Shown here: positions 16,962-26,811 of the stretch, piece by piece
Layout of the letters: the number at the start of each line of letters is the position of its first letter
Position numbering within the stretch: the first letter of the stretch is position 1
DNA from: Bacteroidota bacterium
Lineage (GTDB): Bacteria > Bacteroidota > Bacteroidia > NS11-12g > UBA955
Assembly (NCBI GenBank): GCA_963169345.1
Contig: CAUJCT010000058.1
Coordinates: forward strand, 23,889-87,888
Length of the DNA stretch: 64,000 bases
Direction: 5' to 3'
Notes under the pieces: model-generated
What the model saw: only the letters and a program-made list of their open reading frames with translations
What the model was told of the DNA's origin: nothing
The model's database searches: none
Translations under genes and position numbers: made by a program

Positions 16962-17825
16962 ATGTCGAAATTAATTCAGGTTAAATGGTACAAAGGTGTA
17001 TTGGCTTTTTTAATAGTCTTATTTGTTATTCCACTAGGTCATGCCTTAATGGTACTTACGGAACATCTTATACCGGGATACAAATTTGAGTCAGCCGCCG
17101 TATTAGGTTTTGCCGGACTTATCTGTGTGTTAATTGGTGTATATAAAAACAAGCGCGCCTTAGCAGCTACTCTGTTTGGATTCATAGGTGGTATTTTAAT
17201 ATGGACGGGGTGGGTAGAATTTTCATTTGTATGGATTGCCGAGAAGCTAAAGGTTCAACCCTTGGTAGAGAACAATGAAGTCACCACCAAAGGCGAATAT
17301 CTGGTGATGATGTCATCTTTGGGTTTGCTTTCGGTAGTATTGGTATTGTTAGTCTTTTCTAGTTCGCGTTGCCAATTGTTCAGATGGATTCAGAAGCACA
17401 TGCGATTGAATGAGATTCTCAACAGGGATTCGAAGCGCCCTTTGGCAGTTGTTACCTTTTTTGAAACCATCATGATCATCTGGACCTTCTACATCGTACT
17501 CTTGCTGGTTTACGATGAAGACATAGCAGGTTCAAAGCACTGGATGACCTATATGGTGGCCTTTGGTTCCCTTTTCTGGTCGATTTATTTATGCAGAAAC
17601 CTATTTAAGATTCAGCAATTGGATTATTCAATCAGATATGCCATTCCGGTTGTAGTTATATTTTGGAATTTTATAGAAATATTAGGCCGCTGGAATTATT
17701 TAACCGAGATTTGGATTGACCCCTTCGGACACTGGATGGAGAATACTTTGATCCTCCTCATCTTTACATTCTTTGTGGTTCAGGCAGTTTTGAATAGAAA
17801 TAAAGCTGCGCTGTTGAGTCGTTGA
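16962..17825 (+). CDS. Polytopic membrane protein of unknown function
   Basis: 287 aa with about 8 hydrophobic segments. C-terminal AALLSR* is encoded by repeat copy C. Confidence 0.8.
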   Translation: MSKLIQVKWYKGVLAFLIVLFVIPLGHALMVLTEHLIPGYKFESAAVLGFAGLICVLIGVYKNKRALAATLFGFIGGILIWTGWVEFSFVWIAEKLKVQPLVENNEVTTKGEYLVMMSSLGLLSVVLVLLVFSSSRCQLFRWIQKHMRLNEILNRDSKRPLAVVTFFETIMIIWTFYIVLLLVYDEDIAGSKHWMTYMVAFGSLFWSIYLCRNLFKIQQLDYSIRYAIPVVVIFWNFIEILGRWNYLTEIWIDPFGHWMENTLILLIFTFFVVQAVLNRNKAALLSR

Positions 17826-18247
17826 GTGCTGCGCTGTTAAGTCGTTAAGTCGTAGAGTTTATCGAAAAGCTTTAAGATTCTCTTAATTTATGTCTCGTAA
17901 CATTATTGTCGCTTCCGTAGGCGTCGTCGTTACCTGTCAGCCTCAGGCTGATCGCGACGCTCTACAAAGGTTAAGTCGTTAAGTCGAAGAGATTATCGAT
18001 AAACTTTAAAGTTAATCCGCATTCCAGTTTCCGCGTCTTCCGTTTGCACAAGCAAACCAATGCCGTGTCAATCCCGTACCTACGGGATAAAATTTCTGCG
18101 TTTTTTGTGTTTTCCGCTCCAATTCTGCGATCTACCTCACGTTGGCATCCGCGCCTTCCCAGTTTGCGCAAGCAAACCCCTGCCGTGTCAAAGGCCTCTT
18201 CTCTTTCTGTGTTTTCTGCGTGTTCTTTCCTTGTTCTGCGATCTACC
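17805..18247. repeat. Composite intergenic repeat, copy C
   Basis: Octamer array 17805-17860, hairpin module 17911-17962, short octamer array, ATCGATAAACTTTAAAGTT module, cores 18038-18071 and 18156-18191. Confidence 0.92.
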
Positions 18248-18276
18248 ACCCTATATTCATAATACCAAACGGGTTC

Positions 18277-18310
18277 AAAAAAAAAGACCATCAAAACTGA
18301 TGGTCTTTTT
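18277..18310 (-). terminator. Rho-independent terminator after pckA
   Basis: AAAAAAAAAGACCATCA-AAAC-TGATGGTCTTTTT. Confidence 0.88.
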
Positions 18311-18330
18311 ATGCTTGTATTTGATATTTC

Positions 18331-19923
18331 TTATTGAGCCTGCACTGCTTTAGGAGCAGCATTTTTGATGTCTTCGCTGGTGCCTTCTTCAAACTTCTTG
18401 AAGTTCTCATTGAATTTCTCAGCTAAAGCATTAGATGTTGTATCATAAGCTGCTTTATCAGACCAGGTATTGCGAGGATGTAAAATTTCCTGTGGTACGT
18501 TTGGACATTCATTTGGCATTAAAACACCAAATACAGGATGTGCAGTATATTCAATATTGTCCAGTTCACCGTTTAATGCTGCAGTTAACATAGCTCTGGT
18601 GAAAGACAATTTCATTCTGTTTCCAACACCATAACCTCCACCGCTCCAGCCGGTATTTACCAGCCATACGTTTACATCTGGATTAGATTTCAATTTCTTA
18701 CCCAACAATTCCGCATATTTAGCCGGATGCAAAGGCAGGAAAGCCTGACCAAAACATGCAGAGAAAGTGGATTGAGGCTCAGTGATACCAGCTTCAGTTC
18801 CGGCAACTTTTGAAGTATAACCTGAAATGAAATGGTACATCGCCTGTTCAACGGTCAGTTTGCTGATTGGAGGCAATACGCCATAAGCATCGCAAGTGAG
18901 GAAGAAAATATTCTTAGGTGCTTTGCCCATTGAAGGAACAGCGATGTTGCTGATATGTTCAATTGGATAGGCAACTCTTGTGTTTTCAGTAACACTAACG
19001 TCTTCGTAGTTAACTTTATTTGTTCCAGGGAAGAATCTTACATTCTCCTCCAAAGCACCGTGTTTAATGGCATGCCAGATTTGTGGTTCTTTTTCTTCAG
19101 TTAAGTCGATACATTTAGCATAGCAACCACCTTCGAAGTTAAACACTGAATCTTCATCCCAACCGTGTTCGTCATCACCAATCAGTTTTCTGTTAGGGTC
19201 AGCAGACAAAGTTGTTTTTCCGGTACCACTCAATCCGAAGAAAATAGCAGTATCCCCTTTTTCGCCGATATTGGCAGAACAGTGCATAGACAATACACCG
19301 CGTTCCTGAGGAAGGATGTAGTTAAGTACTGTGAATATACCTTTTTTGATTTCACCGGTATAACCAGAGCCACCAATTAGGATGATTTTTTTAGTGAAGT
19401 TAATGATAGAGAAATTGTGTTGTCTGGTACCATCAATTGCAGCATCCGCTTTAAATGATGGAGCAGCAAGTATTAACCATTCAGCTTCTGCAGGTCTGTC
19501 GTTTTCTGCAGGACGCAGGAATAGATTGTTGGCAAACAAATTCTGGTAAGCAGACTCAGTAACAACTTTAATGTTAAGTCTGTATTTTGGATTTGCGCAG
19601 GCATAAGCATCTCTGACGAAAATATCTTTGCCATTGAAGTGCTTGACAACTTTATCTAAAAGTGCATCAAATTTAGCTGAGTCGAATTTTGTGTTAACCG
19701 GACCCCACCATACTGTGTTTTCAGTCTTTTCATCACTCACTGTGAATTTGTCTTTTGGCGACCTTCCGGTGAATTCGCCAGTATCTGCTGCTAAAGCGCC
19801 ACGACTGGTGATTACACCTTCTTTTCTTTCCAAAGCCTTGTTGACCAACTCATCCACTGTGAGATTGACAAAGGCATTACCGGCATTTGATACTATACCG
19901 CTAAGAATGTCTTGATTCGTCAT
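18331..19923 (-). CDS. pckA: Phosphoenolpyruvate carboxykinase (ATP)
   Basis: Motifs TGRSPKDKF, YTGEIKKGIF, MHCSAN, FFGLSGTGKTTLS, LIGDDEHGW, NFEGGCYAK, WLVNTGW. TAACTTTG box at 19949-19956. Confidence 0.97.
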   Translation of the reverse strand: MTNQDILSGIVSNAGNAFVNLTVDELVNKALERKEGVITSRGALAADTGEFTGRSPKDKFTVSDEKTENTVWWGPVNTKFDSAKFDALLDKVVKHFNGKDIFVRDAYACANPKYRLNIKVVTESAYQNLFANNLFLRPAENDRPAEAEWLILAAPSFKADAAIDGTRQHNFSIINFTKKIILIGGSGYTGEIKKGIFTVLNYILPQERGVLSMHCSANIGEKGDTAIFFGLSGTGKTTLSADPNRKLIGDDEHGWDEDSVFNFEGGCYAKCIDLTEEKEPQIWHAIKHGALEENVRFFPGTNKVNYEDVSVTENTRVAYPIEHISNIAVPSMGKAPKNIFFLTCDAYGVLPPISKLTVEQAMYHFISGYTSKVAGTEAGITEPQSTFSACFGQAFLPLHPAKYAELLGKKLKSNPDVNVWLVNTGWSGGGYGVGNRMKLSFTRAMLTAALNGELDNIEYTAHPVFGVLMPNECPNVPQEILHPRNTWSDKAAYDTTSNALAEKFNENFKKFEEGTSEDIKNAAPKAVQAQ

Positions 19924-20040
19924 TGTATTTTGTAATAAAATAGGGGTGCAAAGTTACCAAAAAATCTCAATATTCCATAATATTGCCGTCTTATTGAGTT
20001 AAGATGAGGAAAATCATCTTTTGTCTTTTAAATTTGTGTT

Positions 20041-21000
20041 TTGAACAAAATAAATATCATACTGCTTGTTTCTCTGCTCGTTATAGCAACGACAGGTTTG
20101 TTTTTTGTTCCAAATTTAATTTCGCCTTTTAGCAACGATTCAAATGCCGCTAATATTTTTTACAGCATCCGCTTACCGGGTATGCTCACCGCCATCTTTT
20201 GTGGTGCCGCCCTCTCCGTTTCGGGTTTTGTGCTGCAGCAGTTATTTAAAAACAATCTGGCAGGACCTTATATTTTAGGTGTCAGTTCAGGCGCCTCTCT
20301 GGCTGTGGCCATCCTCATCATTAGTGCCGGATTCTTCAATGTTGAAGCTTATGGAGTCAGTATCCCATTGGCTGGTTTTACAGGTGCCTTTGCCATACTC
20401 CTGCTCATTATGCTTGTTTCTGCACGGTTCGGCTATGGGGCCATTATCCTGTTATTCGGTGTGATTATCGGTCAGCTATCAGGGGCTCTCCAAAGTTTGC
20501 TGTCTTATATCGCCAACCCCGGCGACCTGAAACTGTTTACTCTATGGAGCATGGGGTCTTTTGGCAATGTGATTGAAACTGACCTCATCATTTTAATCAT
20601 CACCAGTCTCATTGGTATAATCTGGTGCTTTCTACTTATGCCCTCTCTCTCTGTCATGGTGCTGGGCGATGATGTCGCACGCAGTTTGGGGGTTCATACT
20701 TCCAGATTATCCTTACAATTGCTGATTAGCACTGGCTTGCTAACTGGTATGGCAACGGCTTATTGCGGTCCGATTGCTTTCATTGGTATGGCTGTCCCTA
20801 ATGTTTCTAGGATACTTGTAAAAACAGCCAATTTTAAAGTCTTGCTGATTAGCAATGCTTTATTAGGCGCATTAATGGCCGTTATTAGTCAGATTGTTTC
20901 CAATATCGGTATCTTCTCTATCAATATTCCGGTCAATGTAACTACTGCCTTAATCGGTGGACCAATTATTCTGCATATTTTATTAAGAAACAGACATTGA
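20041..21000 (+). CDS. FecCD/BtuC family ABC transporter permease
   Basis: Motifs IRLPGMLTAIFCGAALSVSG, FKNNLAGPYILGVSSGA, CGPIAFIGMAVP. TTG start 4 nt after TAAATTTG. Confidence 0.9.
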   Translation: MNKINIILLVSLLVIATTGLFFVPNLISPFSNDSNAANIFYSIRLPGMLTAIFCGAALSVSGFVLQQLFKNNLAGPYILGVSSGASLAVAILIISAGFFNVEAYGVSIPLAGFTGAFAILLLIMLVSARFGYGAIILLFGVIIGQLSGALQSLLSYIANPGDLKLFTLWSMGSFGNVIETDLIILIITSLIGIIWCFLLMPSLSVMVLGDDVARSLGVHTSRLSLQLLISTGLLTGMATAYCGPIAFIGMAVPNVSRILVKTANFKVLLISNALLGALMAVISQIVSNIGIFSINIPVNVTTALIGGPIILHILLRNRH

Positions 21001-21680
21001 GCCATTCCATATTACATATTGATGATTTGAGTATAGGCAGACAATTTGCGCTTTTTGACCATATTAACGCCGACGTTCAGTCACCCGGATTAATATTGCT
21101 CAGTGGGCCAAATGGAATTGGCAAAAGTACCCTTTTGAAAACCATTACGGGTTTGGTACCTGCCCTGGCTGGGAAAGTACTTATTCAATCAGAACAAGTT
21201 AAAACGGACAACCGAAAAAAACTCGCTCAGTTGGTGGCTTATGTCAATACAGACAGAGCCAGAGACGAATTCATCACAGTTATGGATTTAGTCAGGTATG
21301 GTCAATTCCCATTTTTAAATAATCAAAATCAGGGACTATCTGAACACATTCTGGATGAAGCCATGGACATGCTCAATCTGAATTTAATCAGTGGCAAATA
21401 CCTGAATACAATCAGTGATGGTGAATGGCAAAAGGCGAATATAGCCAGAGCACTAGCGCAAAATACACCTGTAATCATCATGGATGAACCCAGCGCTTTT
21501 CTAGATTATCCCTCTAAATTAAAACTGTTTAAAGACTTGCGCAACATTGCTGAGGCGAAATCAAAGTTAGTAATTTGCTCAACCCACGACATTGAAATTG
21601 CCAACCGTTTTGCTCATGGTTACTGGCACCTCGATATCCATGGATTTTCTATCAGTCAGACACCTCCTGAATGGCTGTAA
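20997..21680 (+). CDS. ABC transporter ATP-binding subunit (FecE/BtuD-like)
   Basis: Motifs GPNGIGKST, ISDGEWQK (SDGE signature variant), MDEPSAFLD, STHD. Confidence 0.9.
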   Translation: MSHSILHIDDLSIGRQFALFDHINADVQSPGLILLSGPNGIGKSTLLKTITGLVPALAGKVLIQSEQVKTDNRKKLAQLVAYVNTDRARDEFITVMDLVRYGQFPFLNNQNQGLSEHILDEAMDMLNLNLISGKYLNTISDGEWQKANIARALAQNTPVIIMDEPSAFLDYPSKLKLFKDLRNIAEAKSKLVICSTHDIEIANRFAHGYWHLDIHGFSISQTPPEWL

Positions 21681-21740
21681 AAGGGCAGTTTATTGTTCTT
21701 TTGGGCAACTTATAAAAATCTTGGGCAAATTATAAAACAG
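21681..21740 (+). promoter_or_regulatory. Three direct repeats with 20 bp period upstream of the small ORF
   Basis: AAGGGCAGTTTATTGTTCTT / TTGGGCAACTTATAAAAATC / TTGGGCAAATTATAAAACAG. Confidence 0.55.
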
Positions 21741-21788
21741 CTCCAGAATGACAATTTAAATACGCCATTTTTGCAGTGTATTTAAACG

Positions 21789-22004
21789 ATGAGAAGCATG
21801 TGGAAGAAGATAAAATACAAACAAACAACAGAGGAAAACAATAAGGTCTTTGAAGAACAAAAGGGTTACAACGACCAATTAACAAAAATCAATCAAGCTA
21901 ACAGAGCAAATATCCATACGGATTTACAGGCTAATTCATTGCGCGAGTGGAACAGAATTCGGGAACAATTTGATGATGAACAGTGGGCTCAGGTGCCTGA
22001 TTAA
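21789..22004 (+). CDS. Small hydrophilic hypothetical protein, 71 aa
   Basis: ATG ORF filling an otherwise empty intergenic gap, with AT-rich upstream sequence. No family recognised. Confidence 0.5.
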   Translation: MRSMWKKIKYKQTTEENNKVFEEQKGYNDQLTKINQANRANIHTDLQANSLREWNRIREQFDDEQWAQVPD

Positions 22005-22019
22005 GATATGACATGGAGC

Positions 22020-22084
22020 TCGTTGCGACTGAATAGTTAATCTTTAATTCGGTAATGAACACGCAACGACTTCGTGTTGTTTTT
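22020..22084 (+). other. Structured RNA candidate or terminator with two mutually exclusive stems
   Basis: TCGTTGCG (22020-27) pairs with CGCAACGA (22062-69), enclosing ACTGAAT/ATTCGGT. The alternative is AACACG (22058-63)/CGTGTT (22073-78) followed by GTTTTT. Confidence 0.4.
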
Positions 22085-22287
22085 AGAATAAGTTACATTC
22101 TACCTTTCATACTACTCAATGATTGGTAATTTGGGAACTGTTTATTCCTTCGATTTTAAATAAAATGAGCAATAACGACACTTAGGGAAGCATATCAATT
22201 TTTATAAAGCAAATCTATTTGGAGATAAGTGGACATTCTATTGAAAATCCTTTGAATTGCATTAATTTTGCAGCAACATTCAATCAC

Positions 22288-23496
22288 ATGCAATCATCTT
22301 TTCAACTCGATACAATTGAATCTGCTATCGAGGATATAAAAAACGGCAAACTTATTATTGTAGTTGACGACGAAGACCGCGAAAATGAAGGCGATTTCTT
22401 AACAGCCGCGGCTAATGTTACGCCTGAAATGATCAATTTTATGGCTAAGGAAGGAAGAGGTTTAATTTGTGTCCCTCTCCTGCCCGACCGTTGTCTCGAC
22501 CTGGAATTGGATATGATGGTAAGTTCAAATGATTCTCTTTATGAAACCCCATTTACCGTGTCTGTAGATTTAAAGGGGCATGGCACGACTACTGGTATTT
22601 CCGCTTCAGACAGGTCTAAAACCATACAGGCGCTCATCAATCCAAACACTAAAGTCAGTGATTTAGCCCGCCCCGGACATATATTTCCCTTGAAAGCACA
22701 AAAAGAAGGTGTGCTCAAAAGAGCCGGTCATACCGAAGCAGCTATAGATTTTGCCAGATTGGCCGGATTTGAACCTGCTGGATGTATAGTCGAAATTCTA
22801 AAGGAAGACGGAGAGATGGCGCGTTTACCGGAGCTGCTTGAAATAGCCAAAAAATTTGACCTGAAAATTGTATCCATTGAAGATTTAATCAAATACAGAA
22901 TAAAGAATGAATCGCATGTTAAACGCGAAATTGCAGTTGACATGCCTACTTCTTATGGCAATTTTGAATTGATCGCCTATTCTCAAACAACGGATGGCAC
23001 CCAGCATTTAGCCATTACCAAAGGCAACTGGGATAAAGATGAACCTATCATGGTAAGAGTGCACAGCAGTTGCATGACCGGCGATATTTTTGGTTCATGC
23101 CGCTGCGATTGCGGAGAACAACTTCATGCAGCATTGCAGATGATAGAAGAAGCCGGCAAAGGTGTCGTGTTGTATATGAATCAGGAAGGCAGAGGGATTG
23201 GTTTGCTCAATAAATTAAAAGCCTACAAATTGCAGGAACAAGGTATGGATACGGTTGATGCCAATCTTGAACTCGGATTTAAAATGGATGAAAGAGACTA
23301 TGGAATTGGTGCCCAGATTCTAAGAGATTTAGGTGTTTCTAAAATGAAACTCATCAGCAATAATCCTAAGAAAAGAACAGGATTAATTGGATACGGACTT
23401 GAAGTGGTTGATAATGTGCCCATCATCACAAAACCTAACAAACACAACGAACATTATCTCCATACCAAGAAGGAGAAAATGGGGCATGAGCTTTAA
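22288..23496 (+). CDS. ribBA: Bifunctional DHBP synthase / GTP cyclohydrolase II
   Basis: Motifs [59 protein letters not shown]. Start moved from 22219 to the ATG at 22288, which follows TAATTTTG (22263-70). Confidence 0.96.
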   Translation: MQSSFQLDTIESAIEDIKNGKLIIVVDDEDRENEGDFLTAAANVTPEMINFMAKEGRGLICVPLLPDRCLDLELDMMVSSNDSLYETPFTVSVDLKGHGTTTGISASDRSKTIQALINPNTKVSDLARPGHIFPLKAQKEGVLKRAGHTEAAIDFARLAGFEPAGCIVEILKEDGEMARLPELLEIAKKFDLKIVSIEDLIKYRIKNESHVKREIAVDMPTSYGNFELIAYSQTTDGTQHLAITKGNWDKDEPIMVRVHSSCMTGDIFGSCRCDCGEQLHAALQMIEEAGKGVVLYMNQEGRGIGLLNKLKAYKLQEQGMDTVDANLELGFKMDERDYGIGAQILRDLGVSKMKLISNNPKKRTGLIGYGLEVVDNVPIITKPNKHNEHYLHTKKEKMGHEL

Positions 23497-23503
23497 TTAA
23501 GAT

Positions 23504-24148
23504 TTAGGGAAATAAGCGGATGATATCCCAGACGCCATTGATAAGACGATATTGAAGTCTGTCGTGTAAACGGCTGGTTCTTCCTTGCCAGAATTCCATT
23601 TCATTTGGTTGGACTATATAACCACCCCAATGTTTTGGTCTGACCGGCTTTTCATTCTGATATTTTTCCAAAGCCGATTTCATCGCTTCTTCAAGTTCCT
23701 CTCTCGAATTTAATCTTTCACTTTGAGTGCTTACTATGGCGCCAACCTGAGATTCGAATGGTCTGGAATAAAAATAACGATCACTTTCTTCTTCGCTGAT
23801 TTTATAAGCAGTTCCTGAAATTCTAACTTGCCTTTCAAGTTCGAGCCAGACAATGTTTATGGCAACATTTGGATTGGCTTCAATTTGCAAACCTTTACTG
23901 CTGTGGTAATTGGTGAAGAATACGAATCCATCGTCCTTAATGGCTTTTAACAAAACAATTCTGCTATCAGGCTGATTACCGTGAACCGTACTCAGGCACA
24001 TTGCGTTAGGTTCAGCAATTTCGGCGTTCATGGCATTATCAAACCAGATTCGAAACTGATGAATTGGATTCGGATCAACATCTTTTTCCAGCAATTCCGA
24101 TTTTCGGTAATCACTGCGCAAGGCTGCTATTTCCTCGTTATGCGTCAT
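23504..24148 (-). CDS. pdxH: Pyridoxamine 5'-phosphate oxidase
   Basis: Motifs EPNAMCLST, SRIVLLK, FFTNYHSSKG, ERQVRISG, RPKHWGGY, EFWQGRTSRLHDR. Confidence 0.95.
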   Translation of the reverse strand: MTHNEEIAALRSDYRKSELLEKDVDPNPIHQFRIWFDNAMNAEIAEPNAMCLSTVHGNQPDSRIVLLKAIKDDGFVFFTNYHSSKGLQIEANPNVAINIVWLELERQVRISGTAYKISEEESDRYFYSRPFESQVGAIVSTQSERLNSREELEEAMKSALEKYQNEKPVRPKHWGGYIVQPNEMEFWQGRTSRLHDRLQYRLINGVWDIIRLFP

Positions 24149-24899
24149 TTTTTGAAAACAGACTCTTAAGTTTTAATTCTATAACACCAAAGAAAGCTTC
24201 TCTGAAGATTTTCTTACTCATTTTAGAAGTTCCCAATGTGCGGTCAGTAAAGATAATTGGCACTTCAACGATTTTAATTTTTTTGAGAAAGGCCTTAAAT
24301 TTCATTTCAATCTGAAATGCATAACCTTTAAATTTAATTTTATCCAGGTTAATAGCCTCCAGCGTTTGGCGGGTATAACAAACAAATCCTGCTGTAGCAT
24401 CTCTGATTGTCATTCCGGTAATAAATCGAACATAAACACTGGCGTAATAACTCATTATCACTCTGCTCATTGGCCAGTTAACGACATTGACACCGGTGAT
24501 GTATCTGGAACCTACTGCCAGTCCTGCACCTTGCTTTTCACAAGCTTCAAGCAAACGCGGCAAATCCTCAGGGTTATGAGAAAAATCGGCGTCCATTTCA
24601 AAGATAAATTTATATTCATGCTGCAGGCACCATTTGAAACCAGCGATATATGCAGTACCTAATCCGTTTTTTTCTTTACGTGACAACAGATGCAGTCTGT
24701 CTGTAAAAGTTTCCTGAAGTTTCCTGACTATATCAGCAGTGCCATCCGGAGAATTATCATCAACAATCAGCACATCAAACTGAGGTTGCAGGCCCATGAC
24801 TTTGCGAATGATATTTTCGGCATTCTCTTTTTCGTTGTAGGTCGGAATAATGACAATGTTGTTAGACAAATCAATAAAATTTATATAAAATCGGTGCAA
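24138..24899 (-). CDS. Polyprenol monophosphomannose synthase (GT2, Ppm1/Dpm1-like)
   Basis: Motifs IIPTYNE, IVDDNSPDGT, EMDADFSH, FTDRTLGTSKMS. True start is probably the TTG at 24869. Confidence 0.9.
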   Translation of the reverse strand: MHRFYINFIDLSNNIVIIPTYNEKENAENIIRKVMGLQPQFDVLIVDDNSPDGTADIVRKLQETFTDRLHLLSRKEKNGLGTAYIAGFKWCLQHEYKFIFEMDADFSHNPEDLPRLLEACEKQGAGLAVGSRYITGVNVVNWPMSRVIMSYYASVYVRFITGMTIRDATAGFVCYTRQTLEAINLDKIKFKGYAFQIEMKFKAFLKKIKIVEVPIIFTDRTLGTSKMSKKIFREAFFGVIELKLKSLFSKNDA

Positions 24900-24936
24900 A
24901 TTAGCATTTTATTTGTAGGTTTAAAAATAGGCTTAG

Positions 24937-25455
24937 ATGCAAAAGGCAATTTTTTTCGACAGAGATGGTGTATTAAATCGTGAAATAGGTGATTATGTCT
25001 GTAAGATAGAAGATTTCGAAATTTTACCCGACAGTGCAGACTGCGTTAAACTGGCTAAAGAAAATGGTTTCATGGCGATAGTCATTACCAATCAGGGCGG
25101 GATTGACAAAGACTTATACAGTATTGAGGAACTGGGCACTTTTCATCAAAAACTTCAAAACGCCTGTAAGGAAATAGGCACCCAGATTGACGATTTTTAT
25201 TTTTGTCCGCACCATCCGATTAAAGGCAAATGTCTTTGCAGAAAACCTGATTCGCTGATGATAGAAAAAGCCATTGCAAAATATCAACTTAATCCAGAAT
25301 TATGTCTGATTATTGGCGATACGGAACGCGACATGAAAGCTGGTGAAAAAGCAGGTATTCAAACATTGCTGATACAACCAAACAGCGAAAAAAAACGTCT
25401 ATTGGAAGAAGCTATCCGAAATTTAGCTCAAAAGGAAAAGTTGATAAGCATCTGA
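24937..25455 (+). CDS. gmhB: HAD-IIIA phosphatase, GmhB-like
   Basis: Motifs FFDRDGVLN, ITNQGG, CPHHP...CLCRKP, IGDTERD. Confidence 0.8.
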   Translation: MQKAIFFDRDGVLNREIGDYVCKIEDFEILPDSADCVKLAKENGFMAIVITNQGGIDKDLYSIEELGTFHQKLQNACKEIGTQIDDFYFCPHHPIKGKCLCRKPDSLMIEKAIAKYQLNPELCLIIGDTERDMKAGEKAGIQTLLIQPNSEKKRLLEEAIRNLAQKEKLISI

Positions 25456-25551
25456 GATAATTCAGATAAACTGCCAAACTGACCAGATGAAAGATGAAAT
25501 TTGGTTTGGACTGGATTTTGAGATAGTAGTTAAAATAAGTAAATTTGCGTA

Positions 25552-26745
25552 ATGATAAAAACTATTTCATTTAGTTTAATGGCTGCCTGTCTTTTGTTGG
25601 TGAATGCACAAACAAAGCCAGGGGCTAAAAAGCCAGCTACTAGTACCAGTAAACCTGCAGCTAAAACTGCACCAGCAAATAAAAGTACTGCTGCTAAACC
25701 AACAGCAGGTACTGTCACTTTTACAATTAAAGGAAAGCTTGAGAACTATGCCAATCATCTGATCGTTCTCAATTTATACCACTACAATAAAATTGATTTG
25801 CTGGATTCTGTACGCACCAATGATACCGGAGGTTTTGTATTGAAATCAACAATAAAAGAAAACAGTGTGGTGTTTGTGCAATATTCATCTAACAATGCTG
25901 TGCCTTTGATTGTTGAAAATGGTGCAATCATTAACTTAACCATACACACCAATATTTCTGTACTGAACTATGATATCAATGGTAAAAAAGCTGAGAAATC
26001 AGTAGCTCTCTATCATTTCCTTAAGGAATTTTCAAGATTAAAAGGCGAACTGGATAATCTAGGTGCTCAACTCAACAACCAAACAGATCCGGTTCAATTT
26101 TATCAGATTCAGGAAATAGGCACACTTAAGCAAAAAGAAATGGATGTATTAATGGATTCCATGATACGTTTTAAAGACCCTCTGTCTGCCTATTTTGTTT
26201 TGTTTAATTTAATGGAAGAACAAACGCCAAACAACTTTAAAGATATTTTCACTCGTATGGAGCCTAAAATGGTCAAAAGCACCTACTATACAGACCTAAA
26301 AACTTTATACGAAAAAAACAAAGGTGTTGAGATTGGAGATATAGCACCGGATATTGATTTACTTCAGCCAGATGGCACTAAACTAAAATTGTCGTCCCTG
26401 AGAGGTAAAATAGTATTGATAGATTTTTGGGCATCCTGGTGCGGACCATGCAGAGCTGAATTCCCAAATGTTAAAATTGCATACGAAAAATACAAAAGCA
26501 AAGGATTTGAAATATATGGTGTCTCTTTAGACGATAATAACGTTAAATGGACAACTGCAATTCAAAGTATGGGACTGAACTGGAAACACGTCTGTGACTT
26601 TAAAGGCTGGGGTACTGCACCTGCTAAAGTTTACAAGGTTTCAGGCATTCCGGCTACATTCCTGATTGACAAAAATGGTAAAGTGATTGCCAAAAATTTA
26701 AGAGGCCCTGCATTGGAGGCAAAGTTAAAAGAACTCCTCCCATAA
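25552..26745 (+). CDS. Exported TlpA-family thiol-disulfide oxidoreductase with N-terminal extension
   Basis: Signal peptide, K/P/A/T-rich linker, IDFWASWCGPCR and VSGIPATFLID motifs. Confidence 0.9.
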   Translation: MIKTISFSLMAACLLLVNAQTKPGAKKPATSTSKPAAKTAPANKSTAAKPTAGTVTFTIKGKLENYANHLIVLNLYHYNKIDLLDSVRTNDTGGFVLKSTIKENSVVFVQYSSNNAVPLIVENGAIINLTIHTNISVLNYDINGKKAEKSVALYHFLKEFSRLKGELDNLGAQLNNQTDPVQFYQIQEIGTLKQKEMDVLMDSMIRFKDPLSAYFVLFNLMEEQTPNNFKDIFTRMEPKMVKSTYYTDLKTLYEKNKGVEIGDIAPDIDLLQPDGTKLKLSSLRGKIVLIDFWASWCGPCRAEFPNVKIAYEKYKSKGFEIYGVSLDDNNVKWTTAIQSMGLNWKHVCDFKGWGTAPAKVYKVSGIPATFLIDKNGKVIAKNLRGPALEAKLKELLP

Positions 26746-26811
26746 TGATTATTTAATATAAGGTTAATCATTAGTTCAGTTTAAATGGTCAATTTTGAAC
26801 CGCATTACAAT

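Noticed and set aside
22005-22287. FMN riboswitch upstream of ribBA
   Set aside because: No conserved FMN aptamer segments are visible. Only the unrelated hairpin reported as a finding is present.
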